In this document: piece by piece, positions 1-10,469 of the stretch
How the letters are laid out: each line of letters begins with the position of its first letter
Position numbering within the stretch: the stretch's first letter is position 1
Assembly (NCBI GenBank): GCA_903916245.1
Contig: CAIWVZ010000038.1
Location: forward strand, 1 to 53,038
Direction: 5' to 3'
DNA length: 53,038 nt
Source: an uncultured Planctomycetota bacterium
Lineage (GTDB): Bacteria > Planctomycetota > GCA-002687715 > CAIWVZ01
Notes under the pieces: generated by a model
Seen by the model: the letters and a program-made list of their open reading frames with translations, nothing else
The model's database searches: none
What the model was told of the DNA's origin: nothing
Program-made: the position numbers and the translations under genes

Positions 1-187
1 CGACGATCTTCACGCCGGCGATCTTGCCGAGCTCCGTGAGAATCGCGCGGCCTTGCCGCCCGACGCCGATCACCGCCACGTTGAGCGGCGCTTTCGCCGC
101 ATAAGGCAGCAATGATTCGAGGGACGGATTCAGCGCGAGCATCGCCGCGGAGGCACCGAGAAATTCACGACGCGATGGGGAACTCAT
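1..187 (-). CDS. Gfo/Idh/MocA oxidoreductase with Tat signal (N-terminal part, runs off window)
   Basis: Manual translation from ATG 187: MSSPSRREFLGASAAMLAL...PLNVAVIGVGRQGRAIL; twin-arginine motif plus Rossmann GxGxxG. Confidence 0.85.
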   Translation of the reverse strand, partial: MSSPSRREFLGASAAMLALNPSLESLLPYAAKAPLNVAVIGVGRQGRAILTELGKIAGVKIV

Positions 188-1025
188 GGGAAGAGATCTC
201 CGCCCCGGAACCCGGAGCGTGGGTGACGACATGACGGACGAAAGGAGACGACGGCGCCTCCCCCGTTCGGTGAATGGACAAGAACGCAGGGGTCGAGAGA
301 CCCGGGTCGACGAGGATCGCGGTCGACCAAATTTCGGCGATCGTGCCCGTCGGGGCGACGCCGGCGACGGCCCGGGAGCCGTCCAGCGGACACCCGTTGC
401 GCGGATCGACGACATGGGATCGACCCGCCGCATCGACTCGGCCGTCCGTGCGCGAGACCGACAAACTCGCGTCACGCAGGGCCACGGACACATCGCCCGG
501 GACGGCGATACCGAACCCGTCGGCGCCGGAAGGTGCGCCGATCGCGACGACGCTGCTCGTGCCTCCGTGGATCAACCCGCATACGACGCCCGCTTCGCGC
601 AAGAGCGTCGCGGCGCGATCGAGGGCCGCCCCCTTGGCGATCGCGCCGAAATCGAGACGCACACCGGACCGCGTGAACGCAACGCTGCGCGATCGCGCAT
701 CGAGAGCGACGTCACGCCACGTCACGCCCTCCGCGGACCCCGCGGTCGGATCGAACGCACCATCGGTGGCGGCTGCGCCCGAAAGCGCCGCGCCGAGTAT
801 TTCCACGAACTCCCACGAGACGGCGACGGGCGTCGTGCACGCGAGACGATTCACGCGCGAGATTTCGCTGTCGGCGCGAAAACGATTCCACGCGGCCTCG
901 CACGCTTCGATCTCGACGACGGCCTCTTCCCCCGCCGCGCGCAACGCGACGAGATCCGAGCCCCCGAGGACGAGTTCGAAGCGGGTCGCCATCGCGGCGA
1001 CGGCGAGGCGCACGTTCGGTGTCAC
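165..1025 (-). CDS. apbE: FAD:protein FMN transferase (ApbE family), no signal peptide
   Basis: Motifs AMATRF, DSEISRVN, GAFDPT, LDFGAIAKG, HVVDPRNG; GTG start at 1025 overlaps upstream stop (GTGA). Confidence 0.85.
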   Translation of the reverse strand: MTPNVRLAVAAMATRFELVLGGSDLVALRAAGEEAVVEIEACEAAWNRFRADSEISRVNRLACTTPVAVSWEFVEILGAALSGAAATDGAFDPTAGSAEGVTWRDVALDARSRSVAFTRSGVRLDFGAIAKGAALDRAATLLREAGVVCGLIHGGTSSVVAIGAPSGADGFGIAVPGDVSVALRDASLSVSRTDGRVDAAGRSHVVDPRNGCPLDGSRAVAGVAPTGTIAEIWSTAILVDPGLSTPAFLSIHRTGEAPSSPFVRHVVTHAPGSGAEISSHEFPIAS

Positions 1026-2335
1026 GCCTGTGCGGCCTTTCGCGTGGCGGGGTCGAACGTCCATGCGCCGCCGCCCCAGATGGAACGGGTAGCGAGGTCG
1101 ACGATCACCATGATCTTGGCACCGAGCTCGACTTGGCTCTGGTTCGGCTGGCGCGTGCGGATGCAACGCAACCAATCGAGACGCAGTTCGTCCTGCTCGT
1201 TCATGCCGGCGCACTGGATGGTCTTCTCTTCGACGTCGTCGGAGTAGACGCGCTCCGGACGCAGCACGCAGTTGTTGCCGCCGAGATAGATGTTCGCTTG
1301 GTGGCCGCGAATCATGACCTCGAGACCGGTCTCGTTGCACACCGATCCCATGACGATCATCGTGTGTCCGCCTTCGAACTCGACGGTCAACATGACCTGA
1401 TCCTGGTTCTCCATCTTGAGGTCGCAATAGCGACCGCCCGACGCGGTCACCCGCACGGGCCAACCCATCTTCGCAGCCCAGACGAGCGGCGTCATCTGGT
1501 GCACGAGGAGATCGCCGATGATGCCCGTCGACCAGCGACGGTAGCGGCGCCAGCGGTGGTAGACCTCGTGATCGAAAGGCGCCGAACCGTTCGGTCCGCA
1601 CCACGCGTCCCAGTCGAGCATTTCGCCGGGGACGATCTTCGGGTCGATTTCGTAGAGCCACTCGCCGTTCTTCGAATTGCGGCAGTAACTCGTCTGAAGA
1701 AGCGTGATGTGCCCGAGGACGCCCGATTCGACGAGTTTTCGCGCCTCGCGATAGCGGGGCAGCATCATGTACTGCGTTCCGACCTGCACGAGACGGTCCG
1801 ACTTCGCGACCGCATCGGAGATGCGGAAGGCGTCTTCCATCTTCAGGGTCATGGGCTTTTCGACGTAGACGTCCTTGCCCGCTCCGAGGGAGTCGATGAC
1901 GTTTTGGGCGTGCCAGTGTTCGGGGGTCGCGACGACCACGCCGTGCACGTCCTCCTTCTTGAGGAGCTCGCGGTAATCGCGGTAACCGCGCACCGCGATG
2001 CCTTGAGTCTTCGACGCACGGTCGACCCAACCGTCGAGGTGCGGTTTCGCGACGTCGGCGATCGCCGTCACCTGCACCTTCTCCTTGTTCTTCTTGGCGA
2101 AGCTCATGAAGGCTTCGACGTGGCCGCCGCCCATGTTGCCGACACCGACCACCGCGATGCGCAGCGGCTCGTCACCCTTGAGCGGCACCGGGGCACGCAC
2201 GACGGCGGGTCCGGTCACACCGGCCGCGTCGGCGGCGCAGCCTGCCAGCGAGACGGCGGCGAGTCCGGCGGTCGTGTTGCGAAGGAAATCACGACGGGAT
2301 GAGGAAGACGGAACGGCGTCGCGGGATGAAGACAT
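1022..2335 (-). CDS. Gfo/Idh/MocA oxidoreductase, Tat-exported (probable lipoprotein)
   Basis: SRRDFL, LAGC lipobox, VVGVGNMG, VATPEHWH, YVEKP; AGGAG RBS upstream. Confidence 0.92.
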   Translation of the reverse strand: MSSSRDAVPSSSSRRDFLRNTTAGLAAVSLAGCAADAAGVTGPAVVRAPVPLKGDEPLRIAVVGVGNMGGGHVEAFMSFAKKNKEKVQVTAIADVAKPHLDGWVDRASKTQGIAVRGYRDYRELLKKEDVHGVVVATPEHWHAQNVIDSLGAGKDVYVEKPMTLKMEDAFRISDAVAKSDRLVQVGTQYMMLPRYREARKLVESGVLGHITLLQTSYCRNSKNGEWLYEIDPKIVPGEMLDWDAWCGPNGSAPFDHEVYHRWRRYRRWSTGIIGDLLVHQMTPLVWAAKMGWPVRVTASGGRYCDLKMENQDQVMLTVEFEGGHTMIVMGSVCNETGLEVMIRGHQANIYLGGNNCVLRPERVYSDDVEEKTIQCAGMNEQDELRLDWLRCIRTRQPNQSQVELGAKIMVIVDLATRSIWGGGAWTFDPATRKAAQA

Positions 2336-2354
2336 GGGGGCTCCTGAATGAACC

Positions 2355-2399
2355 AACGCCTCGCCGGGAGAGCCTCTCCCGACGGGGCGTTGGATTCTA
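2355..2399 (-). promoter_or_regulatory. 17-bp imperfect hairpin (2355-2391) preceded by a TAGAAT -10-like box (2394-2399)
   Basis: Arms aacgcctcgccgggaga / tctcccgacggggcgtt (one wobble, one mismatch), no U-tract; upstream of the 2335 start. Confidence 0.45.
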
Positions 2400-2431
2400 G
2401 GGGATATCCCCCCGTTCGGTCGACCCCCGAA

Positions 2432-3733
2432 CTAGGACTTTCTCCCGGATGGGTAGGCGACGAGCAGCGCCGCGAGGCAGCCGAGGGCCATGTACATCGG
2501 GACGCTGAATAGTTTCGCGTGGTCCATCGCGCCGGACGCGGACGCCCACTTGCCGACGACGCCCGTGGCGAACCACGACCCGACGATGATGCCGATGCCG
2601 ACGATCACGAGGTTGAAGAGGTTTTGAGCGGTTGCACGAACCGTCGACGACGTGTTCTCGTCCACCACCATGAACGCCACGAAAATGAAGCAACCGAAGC
2701 ACAGCCCGTGGAGAGCCACTCCGAGCAAAACCGGGAAAAGCGACGGCGCGTAGGCGAACAACGCCATACGCCCCGCGTACGCGGCGAGACCGACCGCCAA
2801 AAGTTGCTTGCGAGAGAGGGATTTCGCCAACGCGGGGATGAAGCCGAGCACCGCGATTTCGGTCATTTGGCCGATGGTCATGAGCCCGCCGCCGCCGACT
2901 CCGAACACCTGATTCACGCCGCGCGAGAAAGCGTCCGCGGCACCGCTGCCCGCCGCGTTCTGAATCTTGGACACGAAGTCGCTCGTGAACACGAAATAGA
3001 ACTGGTGGATCATGCTCACCGGGACGGCGATGAGGAACAGCGTGAGCAACGGCTGCATCTTCACTTCGGCCAACGCGGCGCCGATCGGCGACGCGTCCTG
3101 CTTGCGGCCCGCGGGCGGCGTGTGCGGAAGCGTGAGGCAGAAGAAACCCATGACGACGCCGAGGACCGCGGAAATCGTGAAGGCCACGCCGCGACCGGCG
3201 TTCTGCGCCTTGGCGACGGCATCGGCATCGACTCCCTCCGGCGTATGCCAGCGCAGCAAAATCTGTCCGACCATGATGCCCGCGGCGATCCAGCCGATGG
3301 TGCCCCACAGACGCACCGGTCCGAAATCGCGATCACGATCCGGAAGGTGGGCGAAGGCCAACGAGTTGGTCAGCGCAAGCGTCGGGGCGTACACCAACCC
3401 GTAGATCGCGCTCAACGTCAACACGCCGGTGAAATCCGTCGTGGAGCCGAGTTTCCAGACGAGAATCGCGCCGACGAAGTGGCTGAAGGCGAGCAGTTTT
3501 TCCGTCGCGATGCTGCGATCCGCCAATTGTCCGGCGAGCACCGGTCCGAAGATCGCGCCGACCGCGCCCGCGGCGAGGCACCACCCCGTTTGATCGAGGG
3601 TGAAGCCGCGATGGCCGAGCAGGAACGGATACAGAATCGGAAGCCACGACCCCCAGATCGCATACTGGAGGAACATCATCAGAGAAAGCCGCGGCTTGAT
3701 GGAAGCGGCGCTCCCCGGGTTCGCATCGGTCAT
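2432..3733 (-). CDS. MFS transporter, nucleoside:H+ symporter (NupG/XapB-like)
   Basis: RLSLMMFLQYAIWGSW, RLWGTIGWI, LHGLCFGCF; multiple hydrophobic helices. Confidence 0.9.
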   Translation of the reverse strand: MTDANPGSAASIKPRLSLMMFLQYAIWGSWLPILYPFLLGHRGFTLDQTGWCLAAGAVGAIFGPVLAGQLADRSIATEKLLAFSHFVGAILVWKLGSTTDFTGVLTLSAIYGLVYAPTLALTNSLAFAHLPDRDRDFGPVRLWGTIGWIAAGIMVGQILLRWHTPEGVDADAVAKAQNAGRGVAFTISAVLGVVMGFFCLTLPHTPPAGRKQDASPIGAALAEVKMQPLLTLFLIAVPVSMIHQFYFVFTSDFVSKIQNAAGSGAADAFSRGVNQVFGVGGGGLMTIGQMTEIAVLGFIPALAKSLSRKQLLAVGLAAYAGRMALFAYAPSLFPVLLGVALHGLCFGCFIFVAFMVVDENTSSTVRATAQNLFNLVIVGIGIIVGSWFATGVVGKWASASGAMDHAKLFSVPMYMALGCLAALLVAYPSGRKS

Positions 3734-3743
3734 GGTTCGCCTT

Positions 3744-4793
3744 TCAGCGCTTGCCTTCGGCGAACGCGGCGTCGAACGCGCGCCCCGAAGTCGGGAAATC
3801 GAGGCGTCGCACGAAGGCGCATGCCTCCGCCGCACCGGCCTCGCGGTCCATCATCGGGTCCTCCCATTCGACGCTGAGAGGTCCTTTGTAATGCGCGTGA
3901 TTCAAAGCGCGCAGGATCGCTTCGAAATCGAGGCGTCCGCGACCCGGCGATCGGAAATCCCACTGACGGCCGCGCGCTCCGAATTCGGTGTGACCGCCGA
4001 AGACGCCCGCTTCGGTAGGAACGTCGGACCACCACGAATCCTTCACGTGGACGTGGCGAATCCGAGCGCCGAACTCCCGGATGATGCCGAGGTAGTCGAC
4101 GCCCTGATAGGCGAAGTGCGACGGATCGAAGTTGAACCCGAAGCGCGGGTGATGGCCGACCGCCTCGAGCGTGCGACGGGTCGATGCGATATCGAACGCG
4201 ATTTCCGTCGGATGGATTTCGAGCGCCCATTCGATGTTCTCGCGGTCGAACACCGTGAGAATGTCCTTCCACGTTTCGCCGACTTCGCGGAATCCGGCGT
4301 CGATCTGCCCCGGCACGCAGGGCGGGAACGCATAGAGCAGATGCCAAATCGGACTGCCCGTGAAACCGTTCACGGCGACGTAGCCCATTTTCGCATGCCG
4401 CTCCTTCACTTCGGGCGGCGCGGCGTCGAAGAACTTGCGCGCCGCGCGCGCGGTGTCCTTCATCTCTTCGATCGCACGACGCCGCACTCCGGCGGGGTCG
4501 CCGTCTCCCCACACGTGGGCGGGCAAGATCGACTTGTGCCGCACATCGATCACGTCGCAGGTCGCCTGCCCCGTGAGGTGGTTCGAAATCGCCCAGCAGA
4601 AAAGACCGTGCTTGCGAAGCAACGCCCAGTGCCGCTTCGCCCAACCGTCGTCGGCGAGGCACGCGCGCACGTCGAAATGATCGCCCCAACAGGCGAGTTC
4701 CACGCCGTCGTAACCGAAGGCCTTCACCTTCGCGAGGAGCGCATCGAGAGGGAGATCGGCCCATTGGCCGGTGAACATCGTGACGGGGCGCAT
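3744..4793 (-). CDS. Sugar phosphate isomerase/epimerase, xylose-isomerase-like TIM barrel
   Basis: [34 protein letters not shown] metal-ligand motifs. Confidence 0.9.
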   Translation of the reverse strand: MRPVTMFTGQWADLPLDALLAKVKAFGYDGVELACWGDHFDVRACLADDGWAKRHWALLRKHGLFCWAISNHLTGQATCDVIDVRHKSILPAHVWGDGDPAGVRRRAIEEMKDTARAARKFFDAAPPEVKERHAKMGYVAVNGFTGSPIWHLLYAFPPCVPGQIDAGFREVGETWKDILTVFDRENIEWALEIHPTEIAFDIASTRRTLEAVGHHPRFGFNFDPSHFAYQGVDYLGIIREFGARIRHVHVKDSWWSDVPTEAGVFGGHTEFGARGRQWDFRSPGRGRLDFEAILRALNHAHYKGPLSVEWEDPMMDREAGAAEACAFVRRLDFPTSGRAFDAAFAEGKR

Positions 4794-4816
4794 AGTGGAC
4801 TCCGGTCGAACCGTGA

Positions 4817-5971
4817 TCAGGGAACGTCGTTCATCGCGACGGCGCAGCGATGCTTCGCCGACAATAGCGCGGCCTCGAGGACGCGACAGGTTTCGTAGGC
4901 ATCCGCGAAATCGGGAAGCGGAAGTTCGGGCTTCTTCCCTCCGAGAACGCGGAGGATGTCGGCCGCCATGTTGGTGAATCCGTGCTCGTAGCCGATGATG
5001 TGGCCGTCCGGCCACCACGCGGCCGCATACGGATGATTTCCCGCGGAAGTCGCGAGGATTTTCGTCCATCCGCGGAGACGCGGGGGCGCTTCGGCGTCGC
5101 ACCATTCGAGGACGTTCATGTCTTCGAGCGACCACCGCAACGAACCGCGCTCACCGTTGATTTCGACGGTGTTGTCGTTGAGATGACCTTCGGCCAACCG
5201 CGTGGCTTCGAAGGACGCCACGGCGCCGCCTTCGAACGTGGCCAAGAACAGCGCGGCGTCGTCGACGTCGCAGCGTTCACGGCGCTTCGTTCCGGGCACG
5301 ACACGCGAGGTGACGTAGGTCGGTGCAACCGCCCCGTGGACGTCGACGATGGCTTCGCCCATCAAAAACCGCGTCAGGTCGACGAGGTGCGCGTTCAAGT
5401 CTCCGTGGGCGCCCGAGCCCGCCGTCGCCGACGAGTATCGCCACGACATGGGCGTCGATTTCGCCCCCCACGACTGCAGATAGCGGGCCCGCACGTGGAA
5501 GATTTTCCCGAGGCGCCCTTCGCGCATCAGATTCCACGCGAGACCGATCGCGGGGGCGCGCCGATAGTTGTGCCACACGAAGGTTTTCACCTTTTTTCCG
5601 GCGGCCGCCGCGGCGTCACGCAACACGCGGGCTTCGGCCAACGTGCGGGCGAGCGGCTTCTCGCAGGCGACGTGCTTGCCCGCTTTCAGCATGCGGAGGG
5701 CCTGCTCGGCATGCAGATGATTCGGCGTACCGATGTCGACGAGATCCACGTCGGAATCGTCGGCGAGCGATTCCCACTTCGGCGTGGACTTCGCCCAACC
5801 GAACCGTTCGGCGAATGCCGCTAGCTCTTTCCGGTCCCGCGCGCTGACGACCGCAAGACGGGCGCCGACCGGGAGGTCGAAGAACTTCGCGGCCTGGGAC
5901 CACGCGTTCGAATGCGCGCGGCCCATGAACTTCTGCCCGATGAGGCCGATCCCGATCGACTTGGATGCCAT
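4817..5971 (-). CDS. Gfo/Idh/MocA oxidoreductase, cytoplasmic (levoglucosan-dehydrogenase-like N-terminus)
   Basis: [33 protein letters not shown]. Confidence 0.92.
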   Translation of the reverse strand: MASKSIGIGLIGQKFMGRAHSNAWSQAAKFFDLPVGARLAVVSARDRKELAAFAERFGWAKSTPKWESLADDSDVDLVDIGTPNHLHAEQALRMLKAGKHVACEKPLARTLAEARVLRDAAAAAGKKVKTFVWHNYRRAPAIGLAWNLMREGRLGKIFHVRARYLQSWGAKSTPMSWRYSSATAGSGAHGDLNAHLVDLTRFLMGEAIVDVHGAVAPTYVTSRVVPGTKRRERCDVDDAALFLATFEGGAVASFEATRLAEGHLNDNTVEINGERGSLRWSLEDMNVLEWCDAEAPPRLRGWTKILATSAGNHPYAAAWWPDGHIIGYEHGFTNMAADILRVLGGKKPELPLPDFADAYETCRVLEAALLSAKHRCAVAMNDVP

Positions 5972-5985
5972 GATGGGCGCGGATT

Positions 5986-7005
5986 CTACAGGCGAACGAC
6001 GCTTCCGGTGCGGAGACTTTCACGTTCGGCGTCGAGGAGGCGAGCGGTCCGAAGGGCGTCGGCCATATCGGGCCCGACGTTGAACGCCCCTCGCGAGATC
6101 GCGGAGATCGCGTGCCGAATCTCGCCGTCGTAGCCTTTTTCGGGAGGAAGCGGGACGGCTTCGGCTTTTCCGTCGCGGCACAGAAGCAACTCCGGGCTCC
6201 GCCCGAACTCGAAATCGGCGGTCGCTCCCTCCATCACCACGACGAACCGCATCCGGAACGCGAATCCGGGTGTGTGATTCCAGCCGCCCTCGGCCACGAC
6301 ATGAGACGGTCCGGAGGCGCCGAAGCGGTACAGGGTCGTGACGTGGTCCACGTCGCCCGTGGATACGACCGATTCGGGCTCGCCGAGCAACGCCCGGACG
6401 AAATCCGCGTCGTGGATGTGGAGGTCGATCAACGCGCCGCCCGAGCGACTCGGATCGGCGTAGAAATCGCGCGACCACGCCGGCGGGGACGCCAGTCGCG
6501 AAAACACCGCGCTCTTCACGCGGCCATAGGTTCCATGGGCAACCACTTGGAGGAGCCACGACCACGCGGGCCAAAAGCGCATGCACATCGCGGGCATGCA
6601 GAGGCGTCCGGAGGCCGACGCCGCGGCGACCAACGGTGCGATCGCATCGGCCGAGAGTGCGACCGGTTTCTCGAGAAGAACGTGCTTTCCCTTGCGCAAC
6701 GCGGCCAGCGCGAGATCGACGTGGGTGTCGGTCCGTGTGCAGATGCTGACGAGATCGACGTCGTCGCGCGCGAACAGAGCTTCGGGATCGGTCGTGCCGA
6801 ATACCGTCGACGGGTCGAACAGGCGGTCGGCACCGCCGACGTCGATGTTGCCGACGGCGCCGGTCTTTCCCGCAAGACGTTCGGGGTTGCGATCGCAGAC
6901 GGCGGTCAATCGGCAGGAATATCCGGCACCCGCCGCACCCGCATACGCGAGAACGTGCGTCCGCCCCATCGCTCCGAGGCCGACGACACCGACACGAACG
7001 GTCAT
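5986..7005 (-). CDS. Gfo/Idh/MocA oxidoreductase, cytoplasmic
   Basis: VGVVGLGAMG, LEKP, GGALIDLHIHD; ATG 7005 overlaps upstream stop. Confidence 0.92.
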   Translation of the reverse strand: MTVRVGVVGLGAMGRTHVLAYAGAAGAGYSCRLTAVCDRNPERLAGKTGAVGNIDVGGADRLFDPSTVFGTTDPEALFARDDVDLVSICTRTDTHVDLALAALRKGKHVLLEKPVALSADAIAPLVAAASASGRLCMPAMCMRFWPAWSWLLQVVAHGTYGRVKSAVFSRLASPPAWSRDFYADPSRSGGALIDLHIHDADFVRALLGEPESVVSTGDVDHVTTLYRFGASGPSHVVAEGGWNHTPGFAFRMRFVVVMEGATADFEFGRSPELLLCRDGKAEAVPLPPEKGYDGEIRHAISAISRGAFNVGPDMADALRTARLLDAERESLRTGSVVRL

Positions 7006-7823
7006 ACGATTCCCCTTCGCAAGCTTGCCACCTTGGCACGCGCCGTCACGACGTCCGCCACTCGCGACGTTCCCGCCTCGCGTTCGATGACGCAGTCGAC
7101 CGGATGATCGTCGAGCAGCGCGAAGAACGCATTCCAGTCGACCACGCCCTCCCCGACCGGAACCTCGACACCCCACGTGCCTTCGACCTCGGTGGGTACG
7201 GCGTCTTTCACGTGCACCTGAAGAACGTGCGGCTTGAGGAGGCGCAACGCCGGAATCGGATTCCCCATTCCGTACAGGACGAGATTCGCAGGGTCGAAGT
7301 TGACCCCGATCCCCGTCCCGTCGAGGCGCGCGAGCAGGGCCGCGAGGTCGTGCGCGTGCTCCTGTCCCGTCTCGAGAGCGAGGCGCACCCCCGATGCGGC
7401 GAATATCCCCGCGAGTTCCCGCAAGCGGCCGGGCACCGGCGAGGCGTCGAGCGCGGAGTCCCCTTCGGGAATGAAGCCCGCGTGGAACGTCACGAGTCGC
7501 AAGCCGAGCGCGGCGGCGATCGTCGCCGCATCCGCCGCGGCACGGCGATTCGCCTCCCACGTCGCATCCGGCACGATGCCGCCGGTCTCACGGATGCTGG
7601 CCAAGGTCGAATAGTCCTCGCCCTCCGGCGCCCACATTCCCGACACCACGGTGGCGCCGACGCCCTCGAGAGCGCGGACGGTCGATCCCATTCCCCACGC
7701 GCCGGTGCGAATCGGATCGAGAGCGAGTTGGACGTGCTTCACGCCGCATGCGTCGACGCGCTCCGCCAACGTCTCGGGGTTCTCCGCCTGCAGCGACCAC
7801 GAGCACACGCCGAGTCTCGACAT
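7002..7823 (-). CDS. Sugar phosphate isomerase/epimerase TIM barrel
   Basis: VCSWSL, ALETGQE, NFDPAN, QVHVKDA, IERE. Confidence 0.88.
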   Translation of the reverse strand: MSRLGVCSWSLQAENPETLAERVDACGVKHVQLALDPIRTGAWGMGSTVRALEGVGATVVSGMWAPEGEDYSTLASIRETGGIVPDATWEANRRAAADAATIAAALGLRLVTFHAGFIPEGDSALDASPVPGRLRELAGIFAASGVRLALETGQEHAHDLAALLARLDGTGIGVNFDPANLVLYGMGNPIPALRLLKPHVLQVHVKDAVPTEVEGTWGVEVPVGEGVVDWNAFFALLDDHPVDCVIEREAGTSRVADVVTARAKVASLRRGIV

Positions 7824-9148
7824 CACAGCGTCCTCACGAAGATGTTGCGGAAGCGTAGCGTCTCCGACCGACCCGCATGGCCGGGAGAATGCCGCTGCAA
7901 GCCGATGAAGCCGCGTCGCGCGCGTTCGGCGAACGGCTTCGATCCGGAGCTTTCGACGGGCACGGCGTGCGTGTCGACGGCGTCGTGGATCTTGACGCCG
8001 TTCAACTCGACGTCGAGTCGATGTCCTTTGTAGACGACACGGTAGGTGTTCCACATACCCACGGGGGCGACCGCGCGACGATCCGACGGAGGCAGCGAGC
8101 CGTAGAGGCTTCCCGTGAACTGCCACGGCTTCAGCGTCGAACCGGTCTCTTTTTCCCAGTTGAAGTCGTCGAGAATTTGAAGTTCGCAGCCTGAGAAAGC
8201 GGGGTTGCCGCCTTTCGGATCGGCGCGCAGAAAAAGACCGCTGTTCGCCATCCGACCGATACGGAAGTCGACGACGCATTCGAAGTCGCCGAATTCTTCG
8301 ACCGTGCGAAGTTCTCCGTCGCCGTGGCCTTCCACGACGATCGCACCGTCCTTCACGACCACGGCGTCGCCGCCGCCTCCGGTCACCGTCCAACCTTCGA
8401 GCGAACGCCCGTCGAACAACGGTCGCCATCCGCGCGCGCGTCCGTCGGCAGTCGGAACGAGGAGCCCGCCGTCGTCCATCGTGAAGTCTTTCGTGTCGAA
8501 GACGGGAAGTTCGAGCAGGCGAAGATTCCGGAACCGGGCCCGCTTGCCGGGCGGGTCGTTGCGATTGCCGTGGACTTGGATGCCGATCAACCCGGTCGGC
8601 GCGAAACCGACGGCGTCGGCGGGCATCGTCCACGTGGACAACGGCGCACCGTTCAACCACGACTCGAGACGCATCGGCCACCCCGCACAGCGCACCTCGA
8701 CGCGATTCCAATCCCCGACTTTCCAACCCGCCTTGCCGTCGGGATGGTGCTTCAGCCATCCGTCGGAGTAGATCCCGCCGATCTCACCGCCGTCGACGGC
8801 GTCGAGCGTGACTTGGGCTCCCTTCGCCTTCGGTGTCATATGGACGAAGACTCCCGAATCGAACGGATCATCGAGGGCGACGTCGAGGGACAGGACGAAA
8901 CTCGCGTGGGACGTCGTCGTGTACAGAAGCCCCCCCGCATGGTTCGGGCCTTCACGGCCGACGATGACGCCGTCCTCGACCGTCCACACGGCACCACCGT
9001 CGTAACGACCGCCCTTCGTGGTCCACCCGTCGAGCGACGTGCCGTCGAACAACGGGCGCCATGTCGATGCGTCGAAGCGGGACGCGGGACGCGTGGTTTG
9101 CGCGTGCAGCGACAGAGCGAGACACAGGACGATCCACACGGGGGCCAT
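7823..9148 (-). CDS. Secreted tandem DUF1080 (3-keto-disaccharide hydrolase family) protein
   Basis: Signal peptide; two LFDGxSLxGW...WxVxDG...[DN]SG.F...G.IG[IL]Q.H...FRN repeats. Confidence 0.9.
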   Translation of the reverse strand: MAPVWIVLCLALSLHAQTTRPASRFDASTWRPLFDGTSLDGWTTKGGRYDGGAVWTVEDGVIVGREGPNHAGGLLYTTTSHASFVLSLDVALDDPFDSGVFVHMTPKAKGAQVTLDAVDGGEIGGIYSDGWLKHHPDGKAGWKVGDWNRVEVRCAGWPMRLESWLNGAPLSTWTMPADAVGFAPTGLIGIQVHGNRNDPPGKRARFRNLRLLELPVFDTKDFTMDDGGLLVPTADGRARGWRPLFDGRSLEGWTVTGGGGDAVVVKDGAIVVEGHGDGELRTVEEFGDFECVVDFRIGRMANSGLFLRADPKGGNPAFSGCELQILDDFNWEKETGSTLKPWQFTGSLYGSLPPSDRRAVAPVGMWNTYRVVYKGHRLDVELNGVKIHDAVDTHAVPVESSGSKPFAERARRGFIGLQRHSPGHAGRSETLRFRNIFVRTL

Positions 9149-9221
9149 CGGCAAACTCCTCGAGGCGGGGATTCTATCCATCCGGACGCCCCACGGACCT
9201 AAGATGCGGGAGGAGCTCCGC
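9149..9221. promoter_or_regulatory. Compact divergent promoter region
   Basis: TAGAAT on minus (9171-9176) with GAGGAG RBS; TAAGAT on plus (9200-9205) with GGAGG RBS. Confidence 0.45.
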
Positions 9222-10469
9222 ATGCTGCGCCCTCTCGTCGTTCCGCTTCTCCTTTGCCTCGCCGCGGTCGCCCAAGAGCGCCCGAAGGTTCTGTTCCTTT
9301 CCCACAGCGCCGGGTTCGTCCACCCGGTCGTCAAGCGCCCGACGTCGGAGACGCTCGCCCTCGCGGAGGAACGACTCCGCGATCTCGGCAAGGGCAAGTA
9401 CGCCGTCACGCCGTCGCAGGACGCCGCGTCGTTGACGCCGGACATGCTCGCCGACTACGGAGCCGTCGTTTTCATGACGACGGGGGAAGTCCCTTTGCCG
9501 CAAGCCACGCGCGACGCCCTGTTTCGACGACTCCGAGCCGGAGGCGGGCTCGTCGGCATCCACTGCGCGACGGACACCTACTACAAGGTTTCGACGTGGG
9601 CCGACATGATCGGTGGCGTTTTCGCGGGACATCCGTGGACGCAGCGCGTGCGGCTGCGCGTCGAGCAACCCGCCCATTCCATCGCCGCACCGTTCGCGAA
9701 AGACCCGGAGATCGACGAAGAGATCTATCAGTTCAAGAACTTCCGGAGGGCACCCCTCGACGTCGTCCTCTCACTCGATCTCGCATCGGTCGACGCGTCC
9801 AAAGGGCAAAGAACCGACGGCGACTACGCGCTCGCGTGGACGCGCGCGTGGGGAGCGGGACGCGTGTTCTACACGGCTCTCGGCCACGGCCCGTCCGCAT
9901 GGAACGATCCGCGCTTTCTCGCACATCTCGAAAACGGGATCGATTGGGCACTCGACCCGCGCGCAAAACCTCCTCGCGGCTTGCCGAGCGGCGCGGTGGC
10001 GGCCGTCCCCGGGAACGGCCCGCGTCGCACGTGGGAGTTGCGGTCCCTCCATTTCGACGCCGAGATTCATCTCGACTACGTGAAGCCCCCACCGAAAGCC
10101 GACGGAAAACCCCGTCGCTACGGACGTCTGCGCCTCGGGCCGAAGACCACCATCCTCCTCGCGGATGACGAAGACGGGCCGACGGGAAGCGGCTCGCATG
10201 CGGCGATCGACGGTGTCCGCGCTCCCGACGAAGCGGTGTCGATTCGCGGTCGAGCATCGGAGACCATCGACATCGCGTGGAACGCGCGGCGTGTCCGCGC
10301 GACGGGGATCGTCAAATCCCCCGCACGCATCTCGGTGTGGCACAACGGGATTCCCGTCCATCGCAACGTCGAAGTCGACGACGCTTCGACGACGCCGACT
10401 CTCGAACTCGACGATGACGTCCCCGCACCGCGAGCTTTTTGGGGAATCGGCCGCGCGTCGTCTCAGTGA
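9222..10469 (+). CDS. Secreted ThuA-like domain protein with degenerate DUF1080-like C-terminal part
   Basis: Signal peptide, FLSHSAGFVH, GIHCATDT, DEEIYQF, GRVFYTALGH; C-terminal ARISVWHNGIPVH. Confidence 0.88.
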   Translation: MLRPLVVPLLLCLAAVAQERPKVLFLSHSAGFVHPVVKRPTSETLALAEERLRDLGKGKYAVTPSQDAASLTPDMLADYGAVVFMTTGEVPLPQATRDALFRRLRAGGGLVGIHCATDTYYKVSTWADMIGGVFAGHPWTQRVRLRVEQPAHSIAAPFAKDPEIDEEIYQFKNFRRAPLDVVLSLDLASVDASKGQRTDGDYALAWTRAWGAGRVFYTALGHGPSAWNDPRFLAHLENGIDWALDPRAKPPRGLPSGAVAAVPGNGPRRTWELRSLHFDAEIHLDYVKPPPKADGKPRRYGRLRLGPKTTILLADDEDGPTGSGSHAAIDGVRAPDEAVSIRGRASETIDIAWNARRVRATGIVKSPARISVWHNGIPVHRNVEVDDASTTPTLELDDDVPAPRAFWGIGRASSQ

